DNA from: a bacterium
GTDB taxonomy: Bacteria; JADJOY01
DNA: 33,591 nucleotides
Reading direction: 5' to 3'
Assembly: GCA_046331705.1 (NCBI GenBank)
Contig: JAXLQJ010000028.1
Coordinates: forward strand, 62,001-95,591
In this document: positions 17,478 to 25,409 of the stretch, piece after piece
How the letters are laid out: the number at the start of each line of letters is the position of its first letter
Numbering within the stretch: the stretch's first letter is position 1
Program-made: the position numbers and the translations under genes
The notes under the pieces: model-generated
Databases searched by the model: none
Told to the model about the DNA's origin: nothing
Seen by the model: the letters and a program-made list of their open reading frames with translations, nothing else

Positions 17478-19631
17478 TTGACCTCGCTGACGAACGTCGC
17501 GGCCGGGCTCGGCCTGGTGACGAGCGCCTGGTACCTCCCGGGCCGCGCGCTGCTGGGTCCACGGCGCGGGCGACCGGCGAGCGAGCACCGCTTGCTCGCC
17601 TGGGCCGTCGGTTGCGCGGCCACCAGCCTCGGCGCGTTCACGTTCGCGATGCTCGCCGGTGTCCCGCTGACCCGCACGGTGGTGCTGGGCTCGGCGGTCG
17701 CGTGGCTCGGCATGGGTCTCGCCTGGTGGCGCTGGCGCGAGCGCGGCCGTGCGTCGGCGCAGCCCGCGGAGGAGCGCGCGGCCTCGCGAGGACCGTACGT
17801 CCTGGCGGCGGTGGTCTTCGCGATGTCGCTGGCGCGTTTTCACACGGCCGATCTGCACTTCACGTGCGAGAACTATCCCACCGCGCTGGCGCTCGGCCTC
17901 GAGATCGGCGCGGAGCCGCGTCCGCCGCTCTTGCACGCCGACTTCGAGCAACGGCTCGGCACGTCGGCGGTGGTCGCGCCCACGGTGGCGCTGCTCGGCA
18001 TGCCCGGATTCCGCATCGAGTACGCGTGGGTCGTGACCACCATCGTCATCACCGTCGCCGAGCTTCTCTTCGCGTTCGGCGCGAGCTCGCGGCTCGCGAT
18101 GACGGGCGGCGTCCTCGCGTTCTTCTGCGCTCCGATCGCCACGATCGGCGAGATCGACCCCAACCTCAACGCCCTCGCGTGGCTGGGGATCGCGCTCCTG
18201 TCGATACGCCCGAGGGTCACGCCGCGACCGTGCGTGGCCGGTCTGGCGTTGGGGCTGGTGATCGGCCGCGATCCGATCCTGGCGCCGTCGCTCGTCGCGC
18301 TGGGGTTGCTGGCGTGCCACGGGCCTGGCACCGCGCGGCGCATCGGCGTCGCGGCGGCAACGCTGCTCGTCGCCTGTGTGCCGTGGGCGGCGCACCAGCT
18401 CGCCACCTACGGCGCGCTCTTCTCCCATCCCAGCCTGGAGCAGTTCCCGAAGCCGCTGCCGCACGCGTTTCTCGGAGTGCCGTTCGCGATCAAGGCGGCG
18501 CTCAACTGGCCGTTCGTCGCCACGCCCGTGCGTTCGCCGTTCAACCCGTTTCCGTCCGCGCTGATGTACGTGCAACGCCTGGGCGCGGCGACCGGAGCCG
18601 CCGGCATCGGGCTGATCGCGCTCGGCGTGGCCGCGGGCTGGCGTCGCCAGCGCGCGCTCGCCGCGGCGGTGATCTTCGCTTCGCTGCCGCCGGCACTGGC
18701 GCTCGCGCTGGTCGAGAACTGGACCGAGCCGACCCGCTTGTGGCTCCTGGTGTGCGTGTTGCTGCCGGTGCTCGTGTTCCTGCCGCTGGGAATCGGCGAC
18801 GCCTGGCACGCGGTGCGCGCGCGGCGCATCGCGACGCTCGCGGCAGCCGTGCTGGTCGCCGTCGCCTTTCGTGCCGGCGTGGGCGCTTGGCTCGCGCCGC
18901 CGACGGTGCCCGTCGACGAGCGTCTGCTCGACGCGTTCCCCGGGATGCCGCGCGAGCGGCCGGAGGAGCTGGCCGCGCTGATCGAGCAGTACGCGGCACC
19001 CGGTTGGCTGCCGACGCTCGACGCCGACTGGTTCATTCGCAGCTTCGATGGTGCCGAGTGGCGAACCTTTGCCGGCGAGATCGCCCGTCCCTCGCTCCCG
19101 GGACAGCCCATCCCGCTCTCCCAGGAGGTGGTGCGCTGGATCGCGCCGGAGCGTTACGCACGGCAATTCGCCGCGCCGTTCCTCGGCCCCAGCGAGCCGC
19201 TCCGGGCGGGCGCGCCGGCATCGCTCGCGATCGACCTGACGCGCGCGCCCACGGCACGCGACGCCACCGCGCTGCGCGCGCCGCGGCCGGACGATCCCGA
19301 GCCGATCGACCTCGCCGGCCGCGCGGACCCGCTCCACGTCGCGCCGTGCGTGCCGGCGTGGAACGCGCGCCCCGTCGAGATCTACGTCGTGGGACGCACC
19401 GACGCCGGTCGGCCGAGGCTGATGGCGTTCGCCGTCGAGCGCGACGCGACCGACGTGCAGCCGGCGCGAGCGTGCGCCCGCGAGGACCTCGTGCACACCG
19501 TCACCGTGCCCGCGGACACCGGCGCATTGGTCTTCTACGTCCGCCAAGTGCTGCCGACCGTGGTATTCGAGCTCGGCGCGCGGGTCGGACCGGACGGCGT
19601 CGTCCGCGGCCCGGGCTTTCAGAAGATCTGA
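17478..19631 (+). CDS. Uncharacterised polytopic membrane protein (LNWPF family, possibly GT-C fold), paralog 1
   Basis: 717-aa ORF with about 10 or more hydrophobic helices and a soluble C-terminal domain. Shares motifs with 25410-27641. TTG start uncertain. Confidence 0.72.
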   Translation: MTSLTNVAAGLGLVTSAWYLPGRALLGPRRGRPASEHRLLAWAVGCAATSLGAFTFAMLAGVPLTRTVVLGSAVAWLGMGLAWWRWRERGRASAQPAEERAASRGPYVLAAVVFAMSLARFHTADLHFTCENYPTALALGLEIGAEPRPPLLHADFEQRLGTSAVVAPTVALLGMPGFRIEYAWVVTTIVITVAELLFAFGASSRLAMTGGVLAFFCAPIATIGEIDPNLNALAWLGIALLSIRPRVTPRPCVAGLALGLVIGRDPILAPSLVALGLLACHGPGTARRIGVAAATLLVACVPWAAHQLATYGALFSHPSLEQFPKPLPHAFLGVPFAIKAALNWPFVATPVRSPFNPFPSALMYVQRLGAATGAAGIGLIALGVAAGWRRQRALAAAVIFASLPPALALALVENWTEPTRLWLLVCVLLPVLVFLPLGIGDAWHAVRARRIATLAAAVLVAVAFRAGVGAWLAPPTVPVDERLLDAFPGMPRERPEELAALIEQYAAPGWLPTLDADWFIRSFDGAEWRTFAGEIARPSLPGQPIPLSQEVVRWIAPERYARQFAAPFLGPSEPLRAGAPASLAIDLTRAPTARDATALRAPRPDDPEPIDLAGRADPLHVAPCVPAWNARPVEIYVVGRTDAGRPRLMAFAVERDATDVQPARACAREDLVHTVTVPADTGALVFYVRQVLPTVVFELGARVGPDGVVRGPGFQKI

Positions 19632-19652
19632 CCTCGGCGCACGCCGAGCGAA

Positions 19653-21335
19653 TCAGCGACGCAGCCGATCCAGCGCCACGCACGCCGGCACCTGATCGCG
19701 CTCCACGGAGGCCGGCCACGGCGCCGCGCGCGGGGCCACGAGCTCGGGATGCGCCTCGAACCACGCCGCGAGCGTCGCGGCGACCCAGTCGTACCCGAGC
19801 GTGGTGAGGTGGATGTACTCGTAGAAGCGCAGCCGTTCGGAGTCTCGATCCGCCTCTTCCTGCAGCCGCACGATCGGCACCCGCAGCTCCTCGGCGACGC
19901 GGACGAGAATCTGCTGAAACGGCGCGGTCGGGTTGGCGCCGCCGAAGTAGTACCGGTCGATCGGTTCCTCGATCCAGAGCGCCTCCACCTGATGGGCCGC
20001 GGCGATGCCGGCGAAGCAGCGCAGCCCCGCCTCGTAGAGATCGAGGCTCGCCGGTGCGATGCGCAGCTCGACCCACGGCCTGCCGAAGATGTGCGCGAAG
20101 AGCGTCGTGATGCTCGTGTCCATCGCGAGCCGCTGGTCGCTCGCGACGCGGATGTCGAAGTCGAAGAGGTTGTTGTAGACGGACGAGAGCATCACCGCCT
20201 GGGGCCGTGCCGCCTCGATCACGGGAGCGAGGATCGCGTCGATCGACGTGAGCGAAAGCCCCACCTTGGCCGCGTTCGCGACCCGCACCGTGCGCGCGGC
20301 GAACGTCGGCGACTGCGCGAGCCGCCGCTCGAGCCGTGCCGGATAGTCGAACCCCTCGCCCGCCTCGAAGGGATCGCCCGCGGTCGTCGACCCGCCGAAC
20401 GCGACCAGCGTGAGCCGTGGCGCGGCCACCGGCGCGTCGAGGCCGTGGGCCGCAGCGAACCGCGTGGCGTCGAAGCGGCCGTCCACCTGGTAGGGGCCTT
20501 GCTCGTCGCTCGACGGGCACCAGCGCGGCGCGAACAGGATCGTACCCACGACCAGCGCCAGCGCGCTCGCGCTGGTGGCGGCAGCGGCGCGGCGCAGATA
20601 TCGCCAGCGGCGCAAGCGGACGAACCCGAGCAGCGCGAACGACGCGAGCGCCACGGGACGCAGCGGGCTCGCGAGCCACGGCCGCCACGCCTCGCGCTGG
20701 TGCGACCCGGCAGCATCGTGCCAGCGCACGGCGAGGTCCTTCAGGCGGTCGAAGTCGGCGCGCAGGTACGCCATCGGATAGCTCGGATAGAGCGCCAGGT
20801 GGACCGGACCCGCGGGGGGCGCGAACGCGATCGTGCCGGCGTCGCGTCCGTCCTGCTCGATGGCGAGCACCCCATCGTGGAGCCGCAGCCGAAAGCGCGA
20901 TGCGGTGAATCCGGCGCGCACCTCGGGCAGGCGTTCCACGCGCGCCGTGCGGCCGGATTCGATCCAGACGAGCTCGCTGGGAAGCTCCGGGATCGCGCTC
21001 AGCGACAGCACCGCCAGCTCGTCGTCGACCAGCTCGTGGTCCAGCCCGAACACCACGCGCACCATGCGCGTCCGCCGATTGGGCGCGAGATCGAACCGCA
21101 GCTCGTCGAGCACCTGATCGCGAGCGAGGAGCAGGCGCAGCGACGGCGCGAGCCGCGGCCGTAGCTGGACGAGATCGCCGTCGAGCGGGCTCGGCCAGGC
21201 GACGCTGACCGCGAGATCGAGAAGCACCACCGCGCCGCTGGTGATCGCCAGCGCCAGCACCGTCTCGACGATGCGCCTCGCGCGCCCACCCGGCGGGGGC
21301 GCCATCGATCGCTGCATCGTGGATCCGGCCGGCAT
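19653..21335 (-). CDS. Membrane-anchored SGNH/GDSL family protein, paralog 2
   Basis: N-terminal TM plus a beta-rich domain and further TMs. VAFGGSTTAG, VANAAKVG, SSVYNN and YEYIHLT motifs. Start may be 21335 or 21317. Confidence 0.75.
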   Translation of the reverse strand: MPAGSTMQRSMAPPPGGRARRIVETVLALAITSGAVVLLDLAVSVAWPSPLDGDLVQLRPRLAPSLRLLLARDQVLDELRFDLAPNRRTRMVRVVFGLDHELVDDELAVLSLSAIPELPSELVWIESGRTARVERLPEVRAGFTASRFRLRLHDGVLAIEQDGRDAGTIAFAPPAGPVHLALYPSYPMAYLRADFDRLKDLAVRWHDAAGSHQREAWRPWLASPLRPVALASFALLGFVRLRRWRYLRRAAAATSASALALVVGTILFAPRWCPSSDEQGPYQVDGRFDATRFAAAHGLDAPVAAPRLTLVAFGGSTTAGDPFEAGEGFDYPARLERRLAQSPTFAARTVRVANAAKVGLSLTSIDAILAPVIEAARPQAVMLSSVYNNLFDFDIRVASDQRLAMDTSITTLFAHIFGRPWVELRIAPASLDLYEAGLRCFAGIAAAHQVEALWIEEPIDRYYFGGANPTAPFQQILVRVAEELRVPIVRLQEEADRDSERLRFYEYIHLTTLGYDWVAATLAAWFEAHPELVAPRAAPWPASVERDQVPACVALDRLRR

Positions 21336-21374
21336 CGCAGGCGGGACGAGGAATGTCCGGAGCGCCGACGAGGG

Positions 21375-23582
21375 TCAGCCGGGCGCGGCGGGTGGAGGCG
21401 CGGAGTCCGCGGGCGCGGAGTCCGCCGGCGTTGCGACCGTGGCCGGGCGCGACGGCACTTGGATCTCGATGGAGGCCTCGCCGATCGGCTTGATGGGGAA
21501 CGGACGCAGCTCGCCGAGCAGCTCGAGCGAGGCATCGGGCGAGACGCGGCGGTAGTTCCACACCAACGCCAAGTGAGCCTTCCCCTCGACCTCCGCGGGC
21601 ACCGCGACCTGCACCCGATCGTTCACCGTCTGTCCGAAGCGGATACGACGCGCGTCGGCGACGGTGGCCACCGAGAGCAAATCGTGGTGGGTGATCGGCT
21701 GACCGTTGCGATCCAGCCAGCGCGAGCCGAGCCAGGGCGCCCGCGGGTCGCGCCGGCCGGTCTCGTCGACCGCGCCCAGCAGCGGGAACGAGCGGCCGTC
21801 GTCGGTCACGAGCGTGACCGAGAGCCAGAGCTCGGCGAGGTCGTCGGCGCCCGCTGGCAACGCGTGGCCGGCGCGCACGTTCGAGGTGACCAGATCCACG
21901 GTGAGCAGGCGCTCGGCGCTCACCTCGGCGGTGGCGTGGATCACGAACGGCAAGCTCTGGATCCGCGCGTTGGGCTTGAAGAACGGATCGAGGCTGCCGT
22001 GCGAGATCTGCGCGAACTTCTGGTACCAGCCGAGCCCCGGGAACTCGTGCACCAGCCCCGTCGCCGCTCGGTCACGCTCTTCCAGCGGCGCGCCGACGCC
22101 GGTCGATCTCGAGATCAGCGCCAGCGATTGCTGAAGCCCGAGCGAGCTGTGGTGGGGATGGTTGAGCGCCCGGCCATCCTCCTTCTCCCAGTCGAAGAAC
22201 TTCACCCGCGGCATGTGACAGAGCATGCAGCTGTTCTCTTCGCGATCGCCGTACGTCCCCGCCTCCCACGTCGACGAGATGTCCTCCACGAACGTGCCGG
22301 GCGCGGCGGCGCTGCCGGGAATGCCGAGATCGACGCGATGGCAGCTCATGCACAGGAAGGCCCGCGGGCCGAGCGGATTCATGTGCTGGCGATGCGCGCG
22401 GCTGTCGGCCTCGACGGAGCGCTGGAAGACCCGCCGCATGACCTCGGGGTCGGTGTCGGGCGAGAACTGCGACGGCAGCATGCCGAGCCGGAAGTTGGCG
22501 TTCTTCGGGTGCTCGTCGACGGCGACGACGCGATGGCAGGAGATGCAGGTCACGCCCTCGGCCTCGTCGTCGGTCGGCGGCGCGGTGCCGGTCTCGAGCG
22601 CCGCCTGACGACGCAGCTCGCGCGCCGGGTCGTGGCAGGAATGACAGAAGTCGGCGGCCTTCTCGCCGTGGCGCTCGATGGTGACTCGCACCGCCGCGCG
22701 GTAGAGGTCGTTGAGCGCCGCGTGTCGGTGCATCGAGACCTGCCATTGGCGGTACTCGTCGGTGTGGCAGCGGCCGCAATAGTGCGCCGACTCGATCGGC
22801 GACCAGCGCACCGGGACGAAATCCTGCGGGTGGCTGTCGCCCCATTCCTGGCGGTTCCAGTTGAGGAACACGAAGGCGAGCGCGGTCATCACCAGCACCG
22901 GCACGACGTAGCGTGGACGCAGCCGCCGCAGCACGCGCCACATGCCCGGCACCGCGGCCCGGATCCGGCGCAGCCCGAGGTGGATGACGATCGCGATCGG
23001 CAGCAGCGTGCCGGCCCATTGGTGCAGCGCGTAGAAGTTGAGCGCGTAGATCCCCTGGTGCCGGATCAACGGCCGATTCAGGATCATCACCTCGAGGTGC
23101 GTGCCGAGACCGGTGGTGAGCGCGATCTGCATCAGCACGAACACCAAGAGCGCGATCCCCGCCGAGCCCGGATCCATGCCCCTGAGCCAGGGGCGCAGCA
23201 CCCGGATCATCCGCCAGAAGATCCAGATCGTGAGCGGACCCAGCAGGATGAGCGTGTTGATGCCGAGGAATCGCGACACGAAGAACATGAACCAGAAGCC
23301 GAACAGGTAGGCGAACACCCGGCGCGGCCCGATGCCATCGAGGTGCCGCTTCAGGAAGACCGCCAGGACCGGCACCAGGAACCGCGCCAGCCAGACGTGG
23401 ATCTCGAACGGCGTCAGTCGCGGCACACCGAGCGCCACCGACGACATCCACAACCCGGTCACCGCCTGGCCGGTCAGCAAGGCGACGGTGATCCACAGCA
23501 AGGGATCCCGCCACACCACGGCGGGACGCGCGCCGGGTCGCAGCGGGGGTGCAGCCGAGGTCGCGGGCTCGGAAGGTTTCAT
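21375..23582 (-). CDS. Membrane-anchored multiheme cytochrome c (5 CxxCH), paralog 2
   Basis: TM region with four His residues, then CGRCH, CHSCH, CISCH, CMSCH and CMLCHMP. C-terminal GHALPAGADDLAELW. Confidence 0.9.
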   Translation of the reverse strand: MKPSEPATSAAPPLRPGARPAVVWRDPLLWITVALLTGQAVTGLWMSSVALGVPRLTPFEIHVWLARFLVPVLAVFLKRHLDGIGPRRVFAYLFGFWFMFFVSRFLGINTLILLGPLTIWIFWRMIRVLRPWLRGMDPGSAGIALLVFVLMQIALTTGLGTHLEVMILNRPLIRHQGIYALNFYALHQWAGTLLPIAIVIHLGLRRIRAAVPGMWRVLRRLRPRYVVPVLVMTALAFVFLNWNRQEWGDSHPQDFVPVRWSPIESAHYCGRCHTDEYRQWQVSMHRHAALNDLYRAAVRVTIERHGEKAADFCHSCHDPARELRRQAALETGTAPPTDDEAEGVTCISCHRVVAVDEHPKNANFRLGMLPSQFSPDTDPEVMRRVFQRSVEADSRAHRQHMNPLGPRAFLCMSCHRVDLGIPGSAAAPGTFVEDISSTWEAGTYGDREENSCMLCHMPRVKFFDWEKEDGRALNHPHHSSLGLQQSLALISRSTGVGAPLEERDRAATGLVHEFPGLGWYQKFAQISHGSLDPFFKPNARIQSLPFVIHATAEVSAERLLTVDLVTSNVRAGHALPAGADDLAELWLSVTLVTDDGRSFPLLGAVDETGRRDPRAPWLGSRWLDRNGQPITHHDLLSVATVADARRIRFGQTVNDRVQVAVPAEVEGKAHLALVWNYRRVSPDASLELLGELRPFPIKPIGEASIEIQVPSRPATVATPADSAPADSAPPPAAPG

Positions 23583-23814
23583 GGCGCGAGCGCAGAACGT
23601 GCGATCCGCACACGGCTCGCCGGCGACACCACGCGCGCCGCACGCGCGCGGCGGCGGAGCCCCACCAGGGCGTCGCGCGCGGCGGACGCGGGATCGGCGA
23701 CGGAATCACGTGCCGGAGGCACGGATCACTGCATTCATCTCGAGGTCCGTTCGCGACCGGGGGCAGGGCGAACGTACTTGCAGCGCGCGGGGGACCGCAA
23801 GCCTGCTCGGACGA

Positions 23815-25269
23815 TCAGCCAGCGAGCCGGGCCTGACCGAGCGCCGCGGGCGCATCGAGGTGCGACGGGCGCGCGGGCGCGCTCGCTCCCCAACCCATCG
23901 TGTCGCGATGCACCGAGTTGTAGAGGCAAAACGGCACGTAGCCCTTGGAGGTGAAGTAGACCATGTGGCAATCGGTGGCCGAATCCACGTCCAGCGCGTC
24001 CTGCGAATAGAACTTCTCGACGTTCACGAACAGCACGTTCGAGGGCCAGCGCCCTTCGTCGTAACGCAGCAGCCGCGGCACGGCGCGCGCCAGGTTCCAG
24101 GCCAGTCGCGGATGGGTGAGCACGAAGAGCGGCCGGAGGAAACGGTTCACCGGGTGGAGACGGTCGCCCTTGCCCACCAGCACGAAGGGCGTGATGCACG
24201 CGCGCTGGCGGAACACCGCCTTGCCGGTCCAGCGATAGAGCAGCGCCCACAACCGCTTGGTGGCCAGGATGTCCTCGCCGGTCACGTCGCCGTCCGTGGT
24301 CTCGGCGAAGCGCGCGAACATGTCCGCGAGGTGCATCTCCCAATGACGCGTGCCGCCCACGGCGACCGCCTTCGGGTTCGGCGGCGCCCAGCGACCCACC
24401 GGCGTCATCGGGTAGAAGGACACGCGCTTCACGGCGGGATGGGCGACGGCGAAGCGCAGGATCGGCCCGACCTCGCGGTCGTTGATTCCCTTGGCGACCA
24501 TCACGGCCAGGTGCACGCCCACTCCCTCTTCGTGGAGCGCGTCCAGGATGCGGCGCTTCTTCGCGAGCAGCGGCTTGCCGCGCAAGGTCTTGTAGATGTC
24601 GTCGTGAAAGCCGTCGAACTGGAGGATCACCCAGCGCATGCCGGCGTCCACCAGCGTGCGCAGGTAGTCGCGGTCGAGGAAGCGCTCGCCGTGGGTGGTG
24701 ACGCGCGCGACGTAACCGCGGCCGTGAAGGGCGCGGAGAATCTCGGGCAGATCCTTGCGCCGCGTCGGCTCGCCGCCGATCAGCACCAGGTTCGGCTTCA
24801 CGTGCCCGGGCGGTGTCTGCGGCAATCCGGCGAGGATCTCGTCGAGGCTCGGCTCGCGGGCGCCGTTGTCGTCGGCCTGCGCGAAGCACGTGGGACACGG
24901 GTAGCCGCACGCCTCGGTCAGATCGATGGCGATGTTGGTCGTGAGCTCGAGGGGGCCCGAGCCGGCGGCGTCGCGGGGACGCGCGTAGCGTCCCAGTCGT
25001 GAGCCCGCCTCGCGAATGCGCCGGAAGAGATCGGCGTCGCGCGCGTAGAGCTCCTCGACGACGCCGTGGGTAGGGCAGTTGCGGCGCAAGTGGAGATCGC
25101 CGTCGCGCTCGACGAGCTCGGCGGATCGCAGCGCGCCGCCGCAGCGCGGGCACGGGCTCGTCACCGGACGCGGCGCGTGCTCGGCTGCGCTGCGGGCGCC
25201 GAACCGGCGACGCAGCGACGACAACGACGCGGTGAAGGCGGAACGAGGGGTCGCGGTCGCGACGTTCAT
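23815..25269 (-). CDS. Radical SAM protein, tetraether-synthase (Tes/GDGT-MAS/MJ0619)-like, paralog 1
   Basis: SPCPRC..ELVERDG..RNCPTHG rubredoxin-like N-terminus, IDLTEACGYPCPTCFA, GGEPT, LQFDG and C-terminal EKF..DCHMVY..PFCLYN. Start ATG 25269 or GTG 25164. Confidence 0.85.
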   Translation of the reverse strand: MNVATATPRSAFTASLSSLRRRFGARSAAEHAPRPVTSPCPRCGGALRSAELVERDGDLHLRRNCPTHGVVEELYARDADLFRRIREAGSRLGRYARPRDAAGSGPLELTTNIAIDLTEACGYPCPTCFAQADDNGAREPSLDEILAGLPQTPPGHVKPNLVLIGGEPTRRKDLPEILRALHGRGYVARVTTHGERFLDRDYLRTLVDAGMRWVILQFDGFHDDIYKTLRGKPLLAKKRRILDALHEEGVGVHLAVMVAKGINDREVGPILRFAVAHPAVKRVSFYPMTPVGRWAPPNPKAVAVGGTRHWEMHLADMFARFAETTDGDVTGEDILATKRLWALLYRWTGKAVFRQRACITPFVLVGKGDRLHPVNRFLRPLFVLTHPRLAWNLARAVPRLLRYDEGRWPSNVLFVNVEKFYSQDALDVDSATDCHMVYFTSKGYVPFCLYNSVHRDTMGWGASAPARPSHLDAPAALGQARLAG

Positions 25270-25320
25270 GGAAGCTCGAGTCTGCGGGGAGGCGGCCGGA
25301 GGGTAGCGCCGGACGTTCCG

Positions 25321-25355
25321 CGCTCGCAACACGCTGGCAACATACGCTGGCAACA
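25321..25355. repeat. Short tandem repeat ACGCTGGCAACA x2 (13-bp period) plus a degenerate upstream copy
   Basis: Identical 12-mers at 25331-25342 and 25344-25355, and cgctcgcaaca at 25321-25331. Intergenic, upstream of Tes-like paralog 1. Confidence 0.6.
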
Positions 25356-25409
25356 CACCCGGCCGACACACGGCTGGCGGCACGCCGTGGGCGGCTCGCG
25401 CGCGCCAGG

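Noticed and set aside
23583-23814. Possible cobalamin riboswitch or structured RNA in the 232-bp gap (hairpin cgttcgc...gcgaacg, CTGCCCCCG on the minus strand)
   Set aside because: Lacks the GGGAA, GCAACTGT and B12-box elements in order, and GC-rich hairpins arise by chance. An Infernal/Rfam scan would be decisive.
21459-23954. Long antisense or alternate-frame ORFs (e.g. 831 aa, 943 aa, 839 aa, 732 aa)
   Set aside because: Expected shadows of high-GC codon usage, with no recognisable motifs.
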